Of a stretch of DNA of 64,000 nucleotides, positions 40,917 to 54,725 are shown one piece after another (positions within the stretch are counted from its first letter, which is position 1; every line of letters begins with the position of its first letter). The DNA is from Halocafeteria seosinensis (Eukaryota). The stretch lies in assembly GCA_001687465.1 (NCBI GenBank), contig LVLI01000409.1, forward strand, positions 1 through 64,000, read 5' to 3'. The notes beneath the pieces were generated by a model that saw only the letters and a list, made by a program, of their open reading frames with translations, was not told where the DNA came from and ran no database searches. The position numbers and the translations under genes are program-made.

Positions 40917-42047
40917 CTATTCATTCTCAGCTGTGAGTCTCGATCTCCGAAATTGTTGGGCAACGATGAAGTATTCGGCGCTTTCATTCCGTGAGGCTTC
41001 AGGCTTGACGCGTTCTACTTTTTTAAAGCACAGTTCTATGCTTTTCACGAGAGAGTTGGCCTCCTCACATCCATCCCTCATTTTCGTGACAAGCGTTCCA
41101 TCACGCTTCAGCACTTTTTTCGCGTACTGGAACGCCAAGTCCGCCAATTGAGTCTGCTTTACAGCATCAGTAATAGAATCTCCCACAAACGAATGCGACT
41201 GTGACATACGCGATCCCCTCAGCTTGACAGTACATACAAGAGATTGAAAAAATACCGACACGTACCATGTCAGACATAACCACATCAGCTTGGCCTTTCC
41301 TTAAATACTTTGTTACAGTTTGTCGGACATTAGAATCATTAAAATCCCCGCAGATAAACACGCTACCAGGAACTGGTTGAATCGGCAGTAAGTCCACAGA
41401 CAGCAGCCTGGTCTTCGTAACGCACACTCGTGAGCCTGCCGGTAGCGACGTAGCCAACGGAACTTCCCGTTCCTTCTGCTGGAGGTGTCCACTTTCATTC
41501 AACGCCTCGGATTCATCTGTGGCAATATCCATAATCCTTCTTCTTTTAGCTTTGTTTGAACCTGACTTCGGCACATGTTGAGCTACCGCAGATCCTCGGT
41601 ATCGTTGGTCGATTGCTAAGAAGGGCTGCGTGCAGTCAGTCTCACGTTGGTGTAAATCCTTCGGAATATCGTCCCCATGTTGGGAACTACTGGGGTGTTC
41701 ATTCTCCCGGAATTTCATACTATTCTTGAAGAGGTGCATAGCATTGTCTGTAGTCTTTGATTGCACTTGGCAATTCGTTTCAGATGCCACGTATTGACTC
41801 CATCCTCCAGGCGCTGCACCTAAGTCCACTATCTGATACCCTTGTCGTATTATTTTAAATCTCTGCATGCGACGCCGCCACACGATAAATAACCACTATG
41901 CCTGGAAAAGTGACGCTGTGGGTGGACGACACCTACCTTATTTATCTGCATCAATTTAAAGGCAGCCCTGGACCGCCAGCCTTCCTCCGACGCAGCCGCC
42001 ACAAAGCGATCACGCAGCTGTCTCTCCAGCCATTTGGAGCGGGGCAT
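40917..42047 (-). CDS. MRM2: rRNA 2'-O-methyltransferase RlmE/FtsJ (MRM2-like), 3 exons
   Basis: WLERQLRDRF, RSRAAFKL, DLGAAPGGWSQ, VDL, DVVMSDM and KPEASRNESAEYF. Confidence 0.88.
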
Positions 42048-42535
42048 CGTTCCGTCCTACCCATTGAACCCTGATACACGACGTAACATGATTGAACTGC
42101 AACCATGCTACACTAATGGTTAGTAGACACCCTATCAACACACATAAATTATGTGAAGGTGGTAGTGTACGGAGTCGGTTGCATTTTATTCATCGGAATG
42201 GGTGTGATTCACCTGCTTCTACGATGCTCTGTGGTATGTCTTTGGGAAAAGACCCCGTTCGGCAAGAACTCGTATTGAAAAGGCATGCATGTCACTAGTG
42301 GAGGTGAAGTTGTCACGTGCAACGGGTGGCCGAAGTGCGTGCCTCCAGCGTCTCAAATGAGAGGAATACCAGGGAGAAGCGAGTCCCCCTACATGTATAA
42401 TTTGGCGCATATACGGCAATTGGTTATTGCCATTTCATGGTGTACAATTGTCTTCAGCACGATGCTCCCAGATGGAAGACTGACACTCGGTGTTCAGTCA
42501 TCCCAAAGAAGCGGTTGCTCCGTATGATTCCTAAT

Positions 42536-45195
42536 TCAGGATTTATTATCTTCATCTTCATCACCGTATTCCTCTTCCAGAGTCTTACTTTCGTATTGTG
42601 CCTGAGGCTGCGTCTTCTCATAAGCACTTCCTACTAATTTGCTCTTCTTGGCCAATGGCTCATACTGAAGAAGTCGCTCTCGAGGATCCTCCTCTGCAGT
42701 TGTATATCAAAAGTCGACATAATGCAACACCTATCAATCTTTTTTCGCATCTTATTGGAACGTACCAACTAGCTTGTTCTTATGCTGTTCCTTCATTGCA
42801 TGCTGCAAGTGGGTACGAGACCCTATGTGAAGCTCTCCATCCCCCATTTCCGTTGATGGCTGCTCAGGTTTCTTCGAAACGATCGGATCTCTCCTCAGAC
42901 TGTGCCACATTCTCCGTCCCGTCTCTTCATCGTAGTTCACGACTCCCGGTACTCTGTCCTTCGGTCTTATCCTTCTGGGTCTTTCCCCTGACATTATGAT
43001 GGGTGCAGCCATATCGATGGTGTCAAGTTTAGACTTAATCTTCTTCTTAGAAGACAAGAGAGCTCCCTTGTTTGAGACCTCTTCATCAAACAACACTCGG
43101 GTGGTAGCATCAGAGCTTCCTAAAAATAGTTGGTTGATTTGAGGGTGCCATTTCACAACCGGCAGTGAGTCGTTATCACATGCTTTGGCATGCAGAAGCA
43201 CACATTCGTTGTGATAGGCGTCAGAGTTTTTTCCCCAAACTTGGTTGAGGTCTACCCGCTTGTGGTGCTGTTGACATTTTGCAAAGTCGAGCAAAACGAA
43301 ATAGCCATCCCCCTTGTTTCTTCCCGCAGAGTTTCCTAAAGCCATAAATTTCCCATCGGGACTCCAGCATACATTAGCTGAATGGAGTAGAGTTGGAACA
43401 TTTTCTATTGTGGTCAAAGGAGACTTCGCCTTTCGCATGTCCCATACTTTGACCATTCCATCAAGCCCTCGGGAGGCAAAGGTATAGGAGCTACCTGAAG
43501 CATTGGGTTGGAAATCTAAAGATGTTACCGCGTGCTCTTGCTTTCCATGAGCATCCCGAATTACTTTTGACGGTCTGATACAGGAAGTCCGCTTGTCAAA
43601 CATCTGAATTGAACCATCCTGAAAACACGAACACGAAAAAGCACGTCGTTATATTCTGAGAGCTTTTTCAATTTATGAAAAACCACTGTACTTACAAATC
43701 CACCAGCAACGGCCAAATATCCCGAGGGTGCAAAGCCGCATGTGCTTGCTCCAGTCCACAGTCCCTTGTCATCTTTAAGTCGAACCACATGCTCACAGAA
43801 TAACTCACCGTCGAAAGCTATTTCCCCATTCAAGTCCCACCATCTTACCGTTCCTTCAATGGCACTAGTAAGGGTAATATTCCGATCCGAAGGATGCCAC
43901 TCGGCATGTGTAACTTCGCCAATATGACCGCGTGTGTTCCTTAGGTCCATCAAGTACTGGTTGCCCTTAACAAAAGTCAGTTGCCAATTACCATCTCTAT
44001 CATAAATTTGAGGTTGTCGACTACCAGTTGCAACAATAAATGAATCTCCCGTAGGAGAAAAATCGACTGCCTTGATAACGTTTCCTTCTTCCGGACAGAT
44101 ATCTTTGAACGGACGATGCTCGGCGTCCATTCCCCCGAAATCATACAACTTCAGGTGGTGGTCAAGACTACCTGTAATGACACGGGCTCCTGCCCGATCC
44201 AACCCTATCGCTGAAACGGTCCGCTCATGTCCCCGCAAAACAGCACACCGAACCACTGGAACCCCGTGCTTCCTTGCCAGCTGGATTTTCTCTGTTGAGT
44301 TTCCGAGGACGTCACTCCCCCCTTGTTCCTTATTTCCATCCTCCTGTACATCCTCCTCGTCGTTAGGAAACTCGATGCTGGCATCTTCATTATCTGTGTA
44401 CTGAAAAGCTTTTGCTTCCCTATACTCTTCAGCAATTCCTGATACAGCCTTAGTGCCTGCTTTTCCCGACGTAGCCCCAAAAGCACCAGGCAACCCGAGT
44501 TTCTCCGGGTTCATATCGACGTCCTCTGTGCTATCTTGCACTGAATGTCGATCATTGGTGTTATCTGACGATGTTTTAGTCTGCTCAGTGGAGTTCACAT
44601 TCTCATTCACGCGGCCAGGTTCGACGGCCTTAGACGGATCGACCGACTTCCGCGCTAGGACATATCTCCTAGAACTCTCTCCAAGCTGGAAGTAATCACC
44701 TTCTGCGCATCACGATGTTTGCAAATCTTTGAGTTATATCATACATCATGTGGCGAGTAAAAAGGTGCTGACATTCTTACCTTGTAGTGTCTTAGTTTGG
44801 TCAGATTTCAATTGAACACCATTCACAAAGGTTCCATTTCGTGCCTTGAGGTCCTTTAGCATAACTTGCGGTGGGGATGCGTGCTGTTTTCCCTGGCTCT
44901 TGGCCATAGAAGGAAGGACGAGAACGCGCGCATGGCATCGACTAATCGACTCATGGTTTAACACAATATCGGAAACATCTCCTTTTCTGCCCAATGTGAT
45001 ACTTTCGGCCGTGTCGGCTGGTTGAGGAAGCTTGATTTCCTGTACTATCTGGTCACCTTTCTGCACCTCCACTACCCAATGTGAGTTTGCTCCTTCATTA
45101 TCACTCTGCTCCTGTTCCTGCTGTTTCGAAGTGGTATTGCTCTCTGTAGTAGGAGAAAGAGAGATCTCTTCTCCAGCATGGGTTGAAGATGACAT
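42536..45195 (-). CDS. WDR70: FHA domain fused to a WDR70-like WD40 protein, multi-exon
   Basis: FHA: GR..SDI..HESISRCHA..RNGTFVNG. WDR70: GARVITGSLD..LYDFGGMD, KG.QYL.DL.NT.GH and C-terminal EDPRE.LL...AYEKTQP. Confidence 0.85.
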
Positions 45196-45719
45196 CGTAC
45201 CACTCTGTTCGTCACACTTTATAATCACATTCGATCCGCACTGAAGTAGACAAAATATCATACGTATCCTGTGCGCCTACACAAACCTCTGGCGGTATCT
45301 TGTGTGCAGCAGATGTTTCATGCAGGCCTTAACTACCAAGTAGATGAAAAGATTGTCCTCTCGTTCAATGTCAATGTGGTTTTCATCTAGTCCATGAGCG
45401 AATGACGTTCCAAAGCTTTTATTGTTTCCCCCTTTTCAGAATGCATGGTATAAAAGAGCCGAAAGAAGGAATAGTGGAGAATAGATAGCAGTGTGCCCGG
45501 GTATTGTCCTAGTGGCATTGAAGGAAGTCAGTCCTTGCGTTTGTGCCCCGTTGCACAAGGTCCCGTTCTCTCTTCCTTCTGGATCAGGGGACATTATTAC
45601 AAGCCTTTATAAGGGTGTTATCACCTCTACAAGTTGGCAGGGAGACTGAAGCGCACGTATAGACCCACGCAACGGGGGAAAGCCAAGCTATGGCTTTAGT
45701 GCGCTTTGGGTGATGGAGT

Positions 45720-48453
45720 ATGCGGCGTATTGAGCAAGTTAGCAGTGATACATACAGCAATATGGAGGGAAAAATGAGAAGGAAGAAACCAATAGAGCAT
45801 GTATTCAAAGCACTACAATCGACCGTGCTTGTGCTCCTGGCATTTCCGTATTATAGTAATCGTAGTATGGATGGAGTGGGTGGACTTATACGTACAGCCG
45901 AAGCCAAGAATACCGCCCTGGAATGTCAGGCTTCAGCGTGCGAGTATGCTTTCCAAATGAAAACGAGTGGTAAGGACTTAACATTTTCAGGCCTGACACA
46001 CGGGGAATTCCTATACATTGGTTCTGCTTCGTTATTCGCTTCACAGGGAACTATATCGAAGCTGCCGTCGCCATTGAAGCCTTTCTCAGAGGACTTCCGA
46101 ATTCCTTCGAAAGGGTCGTTTGGCGTGCAGTGAGTGAATACCATCACAAATCTAAAAGTAGTAATAGTTTGAAATCGGGGCGCATGCGTACACTCTTGCA
46201 GGATATAGTGTGCTCAACGATTAAAGATACTATTGGTGCTTCCCGGTTGTTAGCGGACTTATATAGAAAAATGCAAATGCCATTGGCTGCTGCCGTGTTG
46301 TCTCGACAAGCAACTGTGTGGTCTTCTCTTATGTGGGACTGGAACATGGTAAGGACGCCACTATTTGAAAAATTTCATTCTATGAGATTTAGCTGTTTCG
46401 CGCTTGCGGTTTTCCAGCGAGTATCGTTAGAGTTTGATAGACTCAAGAGAGATCTTTTGGCTTCTGGAGAAACGGCGGCTGCAATGCGAGTCGCAGAGGA
46501 GCGCCAAAAGAAGCATATGGAGAAACAAAGCAGCGATGGAAGCAATCTCGTAATTAATATTGTGGAGGTACTATTCCTGAACTTTCTAGAGATGAGCCAG
46601 CAGTAAGTGCGCAGCAATTTGTCGCTAGAATGTTAGTAACAGTGTTAGTATACTGATGTCAATTGCAATGTTCCAGGGAGCAAGAAGCACGAATGAATCG
46701 CTGGCAGCACATTGTCGACACCGATGAATATTTTAGGCCCTTTGGACACATAACAATTCCGCTAATGAGGCTGCTGAAGACCATTCACAAAGCCAAAGAT
46801 AAACACCGTGCGAAAAAGTTAATCGATTCAAAGATCAAACTGTACGAAGGGCAAAAGAAGGAAGCAGAGAGAGATCCTCGAAAAACGCCTGATACATCTG
46901 TAGAAGTATATCGCCTTTTGCGTATCCTCAAAGGCCACGAGTCTACAGCTAAGCCAAACAGTGTCCGCTTGCACACCAGCGGGTGTAAAGAATACCAAGG
47001 CTGCTTTCCCGAGCTGCAGTATTCTATTGCCAGTCAGGTTGTCACCCAAACAACCACCTCCCCTACCGAAACTCTTACAGTACCGGTAAGTACAGACCAG
47101 GAGCAATTTCCCCGATTTGTACCAGTCGAGCAGAACGATAACGCTGCGGGAAAGCGCAAGTTTGAGAGTGGGGATGGGCATCTCAGGGAACCTATCCGCA
47201 ACTATAGGGATGGTGCATCTCAGCGTTTTGGCTTTGGTAACGCCAAGAGGGGTAAAGAAGCCAGTGTTCCCATCGGAGCTCTGATTAACGATAATAAGCT
47301 AGTTCTGGATTCAGCTGAGGGCAGGTATATTCCGAAACGCCATCCCATGGGTACATCTGCACAAGAGCCACGGAAGGCGCCAGGTGATGCGTGGCTCCGA
47401 ATATTACCCTTAAAGAACGTAGAGCTCGTTGCCTCCGTCGTTCTATTTGCCGGTATTGCAGCGCTTACCACGTTCACATTGATTACGTTCATCATACTGA
47501 AGTTACGCATAAAGGCTTTACTAAAGCCAATTAGAGGCTCTCGACAGGACGCTCACGTACATCAGAAGCAAACGAAAGAGTCGGACACTGGCAAAGAAGA
47601 AACTCCTCGAAATCCGGCTGTATTACCCCAGGAGACCGAAGCTCCAAAAGAGAAGCAAGATGCCGAGCACGTTTGCTATACCGAAAATAACAACAATAGT
47701 GTAAATATTGATGCTTGCCAGCCAGGTGGGGGACATGTAACAAAGGCTGATTCCGCGATTCGTCAGGAAGTCGCGGATAACAAAAACGTTTCTCCGGATG
47801 ACTCCCGAGTTCCCGATCCAGCCATTGTGAAGAAAAACAAGAAAAACGTCTCTAAGCAAAAACAACGAGGAGCCGTCACCAACGGGAACTTAACGAATGG
47901 GATACAAGATTCGAGTGACTCACGGAACTCGAAGCGGGAATCTCGGAACAGAAATTCCGCTATGCTGGCGAGGCTGGTAGTGTCATCAAGTATAAACAAC
48001 AACTACGTCCCTGAAAGTGGGGATAGAAATACGACGCTTCCTTCTCCCGGGAACTCCGCCTCTGCAGCTAACCTTTCCCTGGGTTCTTCGTTGTCGCAAG
48101 AGGCACTGATGCATCAGCAAGATCAGCCAGAAGGAAAGGCGTCAGACGCTAAGACAGATAACTCCTCAGTTCAGCTAGCGGAGTTAACGGAAGAACAAAG
48201 GAGAGAGCAAAGAATTCAAGAGGCTCTGAGTAAGATTCGTTACAAACCTCCTCGAGCGGTCGACAAGTGGCCCTCGCGAGAAGAGGAAGAAGTGAGAGAT
48301 GCGTTAGAGAGGTTCGATGCTTCACCGCTCTACGTAGACATGCCTGAACCTCAAATAACCACCAACATCCGAGGTCAAAGGTACATTTTTGCAAATGGTC
48401 CTTACGGCTACGGTCTATATGCTGTTGAACCGGTGAAATCAGACCCTAAGTGA
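45720..48453 (+). CDS. Uncharacterised membrane protein, multi-exon
   Basis: Successive plus-strand ORFs joined by GT-AG introns, a final 596-codon ORF and one TM segment (VASVVLFAGIAALTTFTLITFIIL). Confidence 0.6.
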
Positions 48454-48675
48454 CGTACCAGCACTTACCGCTACATCTGCTCACTGAAATCAATACTCCT
48501 CATCCAGCTAATACAGCAGCAGAGGGAGGATATACTCACAAAGTTTCGCTTATGGAGCACTTATGGTCTGTCAGCATGCATCTCTGGAGTCTATCCTTAT
48601 AATTTTGATAGGTGGGTTCAGATAGGTCTAGTCAATCTGAACGACGGCCCTGAATATGGGCTGGAAGAGCCGCAG

Positions 48676-49431
48676 CTAAGGCGGCGTAGGATTCTCAGGC
48701 CGGGCTCTATAGCCATTGATATCTTCTAAGTTGGGAATGCGCATTGATGCTCCTGACTTCATGACGGTGTCGAGTCGCATTATAGCAAATCTGGCGTATC
48801 CTCTTGCGGGTCCCTGTACTTCTCTGTAGGAAGCGATAAAATTGGTTAAGTACAATTCAAGCTCTTCGGATGGAGGAAACGTCCCTAAACACATAAGCAT
48901 TATTTGCCACGCTCTCAGCTGACTGTTAGTGCTAGGGTTGTTCGTTATGTGTTTACAAAGCTGTAAATATATTTCGTCCCGGAGGTCGGGCTGTTCTAGT
49001 CCCTTCTGGAGAATCTCTTGAGCCATGAATGCAGGATACGTAGCTTTTTTTTCTCCACAATACGACAGTAAATGCTCGTGCATCGTACTTGCTGTTTTTC
49101 TTTGCACCTTGAGTGAAAAATTCAACAAGGACGTCTTAATAGAAGTCGGTTGCCAACTCAGCATGTTGTCTTTGGCACTCGCCTTATTGAACCAAACTGA
49201 TTTCGCGAAGCTTTCTGAAGACCTTAAACCTGGGAATTTGTGAAACATATACTTGGATTCCTTTGCAATACGTAGCCTGTTTTCCCTGACACCCTTCTCT
49301 GGCTTCTCTACTGTAGATCCTACAAGGCTATTGCGATACCTGTCTTCTCGGGATGCGGCTAACGACATTGCATCCGGAGCTTTCATTGCCCGTGTGGACC
49401 TCCCATTTGTTTTCCTAGCCGCTGCTGCCAT
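48676..49431 (-). CDS. MyTH4-domain protein; upstream exons possible
   Basis: MLSWQ..SIKTSLL, LRDEIYLQLCKHITNNP, RAWQIMLMCLGTFPPS..L..YL.NF and R.P..E.I. Confidence 0.85.
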   Translation of the reverse strand: MAAAARKTNGRSTRAMKAPDAMSLAASREDRYRNSLVGSTVEKPEKGVRENRLRIAKESKYMFHKFPGLRSSESFAKSVWFNKASAKDNMLSWQPTSIKTSLLNFSLKVQRKTASTMHEHLLSYCGEKKATYPAFMAQEILQKGLEQPDLRDEIYLQLCKHITNNPSTNSQLRAWQIMLMCLGTFPPSEELELYLTNFIASYREVQGPARGYARFAIMRLDTVMKSGASMRIPNLEDINGYRARPENPTPP

Positions 49432-50546
49432 CCTGACGTTTGTTCAATTAGTATGGAGGTACGAGAGTGTCCATGTATCCACCTAACGAGCAGCAGATCC
49501 ACTGCCGTAAGCGTAGAATGTTGTTCGTTATCCGTGCCGTGCTAGTGTATAGACTGTATTTGCTGAAAAAGGGACCCCTTCAAGACTGTACACTCTCGAA
49601 ACAATTATTGAGTACTTGCACCAGGTCCACAGCAAGGGGGTTGAGCAGCATTAACCCCTGCTACTCCTGCTGCTTCCTGTTTTCTGCCCGTACGGAGTCG
49701 AGGGTCTTGTTTGTCTCAGACGCGCTGACCGAATACAATGCCCAGTAACACTATAGCTCTCGGGTTTATCACAGATTCGATGTTCCACTAACCAGACCAA
49801 TCCTCTACCTCTGCATTGCGCATAACAACGGAGATGAAGGCCAGCGCGAGACCCTGGCGATTGGGATCCCGTGAAGCTGCATGCGACCGACTCCCATACC
49901 ACGCCATGGTACATATGGGAGACCCGGATACCGTTTAGCTACCACTTTCGATAGATACACCGTGTGTCATTCACATTTACAGAGAGGGAAAGAAGAGTAT
50001 ATGGATTTTTTAATTTTTTTTTGTTGTTGTCGATAGATTCTTCCTGCTGTTGATGAGAGTTACACTTCGTATTTAGGGCTGGGAATTTCCAGTCTCACTT
50101 GCGAGCTTGGATACTCTGAAGGTGGCAAGATTGGTAAGGCAAAACAACAGCGAATAGTATAACTGCATACGGAGGAAAAATACTTTATCATCCTCGTCAC
50201 GGAAGGAGAAATTAGCACAATGGAGGTTAGACACTGGTCACGCCAAAGCTGAGGTTCGAATCGGACTTGAACTTGCAGACAACGTTGAACTTGAGGTTGC
50301 CTTCATTTCAGCGCCGAAACTAGATAATTGCGCGTGACAAGTTTGATTCGACAAAGCAAAAGCGGATACATTCATTGCGTGCATGCGATAAGAGAGCGAC
50401 ATAGGCTTGATTTATTCGTTTGCGTGGTAAAAAAGAATACCCCACCAAGGGACGGTTTTACGCTGAGCGTAGAATAAACCGGGAGCATTCAACCCTTCTT
50501 TGTTGCATTGTCTCGGTGCATAAAAGAGCATAGACAGCGTCCCAAA

Positions 50547-52083
50547 ATGAAGGTCACAGCGTTCTTCGTTGTTGTCGCTGTCTCTATGGCGGCTGTGATA
50601 CCTGTCGAACAAGCAGAAGGGTCCCTTATCCCGTACGACTTCGCTCGAAAGCTTCTACGCGTGGAAAGAAGCCAACCACGAGAGACTGCCGGTGAAGGAT
50701 CCTCTGCAGAAGCGGCAGGACACAACAAAAGGAATAAGAAGCATCATTTGGCTTTGCTTCTTATGGACCATCCTCAGCGGCACGATCACCCCAGAAACAG
50801 TGTGCAGGAGCAAGAAGCCGGGGAGGGAAACCACCACCATAGACGCCATCATAGAGACCATGACCTTCAAGGTGATGCCATCGGAGGCAATCCTGTGATT
50901 GTACCTCAGAAATACGGTGGGCATCGTCGTCACCCTCACAATGGAAGAAGAAATCACCATAATGGAGGTCGTGAAGCTGTTCAACATGAGAGCGGTTCGA
51001 GAACTTTGCAGGATTTTGAGGAACCTATTTTCGAGGGGTTCCCCCAGAACCAAAGGGGAAAGAAAATGGTAAGTAACAGCTAACCTACAGTGTTTGCCGT
51101 CGTGCGTCTTATGCTAGAAATGTATGCATTTAATGTCGTCGCAGCTTGTTGGCGTACCTGATGAGCACGGCATTGTTTTCCCGGAAGTAAATGCAGGACG
51201 ACGTGGTGGGAGGACATCAAGAGTAAGAACTATTCAAAGCTAAAACTATCGAGATCCAATCTGCTAATTGTACATCCCTCTTGTGCTTGTGTCACAGCTT
51301 GCCATTCGAAATCATGGCCCGCACTCAATTCTTCGTAAGATCCCTGTGCACAGTGAGGAAGATGAACTCCGCCTTCCGAGTATTCCCAGCGGCAATGAAG
51401 TGAACGAGGACAATTTCCACGTTACTGTTTACACAGCAGACAAGAATGGAAAGGTGAAGAAAGTGTATGACTCTTCTGAAGCAACACCTCAGGAACAACA
51501 AGAGCGAAAAGACGAGATCTCCGCATGGATGAACGAAATGCGTCGTCAACAAGAGGCAATGGACAGCATGTTCAAAGAGCTCCTAACAGCGCCTCGTTTG
51601 CGGGGGCGAGCTTTCCCTTTCCCTTCTATTAAGTGGGAGGAATTGGAAAAGGCGTTTGAAGACGGTCAAGGTCAAACTGATGGCTCCAGTGGCAGCGATG
51701 AACAGGGAGACCAGACCGAAGAGAGCAATGAAGGAAGTGACAGTGTGGATGGTAACACTAAGGATTCAGGTAGTGGCAATAAGAATTCGGGTAGTTCACA
51801 CACGGTCACTGGAAGCTCTGACTCGAGTGCTTCCAACAAGGGGGCTAAGCCCAGTGACTCTGCTGGGTTAATTGTCGGTGTCGTGGGTGCTGTACTGACA
51901 GTTGCTACTCTGGCGATTCTTGTGGTGGTGAAACTGCGCAAGCAGAGAGGGCCGGAGCAAACAATTGATGTACCGACAGATGACCACTACATTAACATTG
52001 AAAAGACTTCCAACGCTTTTGCTCCCCAGCCGCCCCAGCGCTCGGCTGCGCAGCATGATCAATACGTGCGCTTAGAAGAGTGA
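50547..52083 (+). CDS. Type I membrane protein with a His-rich ectodomain, 3 exons
   Basis: Signal peptide MKVTAFFVVVAVSMAA, His-rich stretch, Ser/Gly stalk, TM segment and a tail with YINI and YVRL. Confidence 0.7.
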
Positions 52084-52670
52084 AAGCAATGTGATCACAA
52101 ATAAACATACGCAGGCAATGAGAAGTAGCTATGATTCCGTTCTTTTTTATCGTGGTGAATGTGCGATTTGCATCTGCTGGTACAATCAATAACTTGTATA
52201 CTCTGCAAAGCATGCTATTTCATTGGTCGATGACGTGTGGTACTCGCGCGTCAGCTTGTTTAGTCTGTGGTTTGCCATTACGTTTGTTATGACAAGCGGT
52301 ATGCCTTAACCTTGCATCATACGAATTGATTCGAGTGTGCACTTTCCGTGGGAGAGGCTGAGAGACGGCCATTGAATACGAGCTACAATATGTGCCAAGA
52401 CTATGGATTTATCTGGTTCTGAGATGGAGATGGTGAAGACGTTGAGCTTCTGAGTTCACTTTTATGTCTATAAGCTGTTCGCTGCGCCCTAAACAGTGAA
52501 GTGAGGATATTGAAGAAGGAGTGCCAACTTTATGAGAAAGGCTGTCTTCAGGCGTGCAGAAGACTTGCCTGAAGTCAGCGTTGGCCTGAGGCGGCTTCAA
52601 CAACCTCGGCGGGGCTGAGCTGTGGAAGTTCTCGTACAATTGTAGTCGGCTGAGAAGGACTGAAGACGCG

Positions 52671-53300
52671 ATGCGTTTCCACGTTGTATCTCTGCTATTT
52701 TTCGCATTGTGTATGTTGGGTGAAACTGCAGGAGCATCTGCGAACCGATTCCGGTCGCATCTGAGGCGATCTTCCACCGAAACATCAGCTGTAGCACAAG
52801 CATTCCACAGCCGACAGAATGAAGTGAAAGTATCGGAGACGAAGGAGGGCACAAGTTCCGACGGTGAAAAGCAGATGAATGGAAACAGGAAAGTGAATGA
52901 GTCGAACATAATATCAGTCATTCCTCAGTGGTTCGTTACAATGGGAGTCATCGTTGTAGCAACTTCCGTCGCGACCGTTATTGGCTATTGCGTTTGGAAC
53001 AGGAAGAAGAAGGAGATGGAGGAGCGAAAGAGACAGCGCTTTGCAGCACCCACTGATGGCGTGCTTGGGCACTCTTCGACAAGTCAGGGCAAGAAGGTGG
53101 TCAATCTGCAAGAAGGGAACCCCGTTTGGCAACGCGATGCGTTCACCGGGAAAAGCAGACAGTCAAATCCGAACTTTGCTCGGCCGATGATAAAGAACCA
53201 TAGAGAATATATGAAAAAGAAGTCAACGGGAAAATTCGATAACCCACATACTTTAACAAGGAATGCTTTATATCCTACCAAAAAACGGGAGAAAGTGTAA
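52671..53300 (+). CDS. Small type I membrane protein of unknown function
   Basis: Signal peptide, one TM (WFVTMGVIVVATSVATVIGYCVW) and a basic cytoplasmic tail. Confidence 0.7.
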   Translation: MRFHVVSLLFFALCMLGETAGASANRFRSHLRRSSTETSAVAQAFHSRQNEVKVSETKEGTSSDGEKQMNGNRKVNESNIISVIPQWFVTMGVIVVATSVATVIGYCVWNRKKKEMEERKRQRFAAPTDGVLGHSSTSQGKKVVNLQEGNPVWQRDAFTGKSRQSNPNFARPMIKNHREYMKKKSTGKFDNPHTLTRNALYPTKKREKV

Positions 53301-53412
53301 AAGAAAAACTAGGAAAAGTGAGTAGTGTATTGGGTACAAAGCGAAAGGACTCTAGCGTAGCCGACATTATCGGTGATGAAATACACTCAAGTGCCGCATT
53401 TGCATAAACTCT

Positions 53413-54362
<950 letters not shown>

Positions 54363-54725
54363 TCACGCGAAATTTTTGTGCTGACTGCTGGAAGCAGGCA
54401 TACGGTATACAACTAGAGTCAAAAAAATATATAATTGAAGGTACTATAAAGAAGCAAGCGCAACAACTTTCAAACAAGGAACCAAATTTATTCTGAGAGT
54501 TTTGCTTTCAATGTAGATGGCTGAGAATTTGTGTATCTCGCAACCATTGAAACGTGATACGCGGAAGATGTGTTTGCTATCTACTCAACAGTTCAAGTCA
54601 AAACCGTGTTATTGTAATTGAAAATACCATATCTGTCATGCAGTGGTGACTTTAGTTCAATAGAGTCGCTAGTACAGTATAATTTGGCAAGGGAGTCACC
54701 CGCTTCGCAAATGCCAACACGATAT

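Noticed and set aside
41410..41780. MRM2 insertion as an intein
   Set aside because: There is no terminal His-Asn followed by Cys/Ser/Thr and no recognisable intein blocks.
50205..50275. Pol III A-box-like TAGCACAATGG and B-box-like GGTTCGAATC, suggesting a tRNA or SINE
   Set aside because: The T-stem, D-stem and acceptor stem do not pair, so no cloverleaf forms. This is probably chance or an unrecognisable relic.
52671..52790. RxLR-effector-like motif after the signal peptide (RSHLRR)
   Set aside because: It is not a true RxLR, has no dEER motif, and the protein has a transmembrane anchor.
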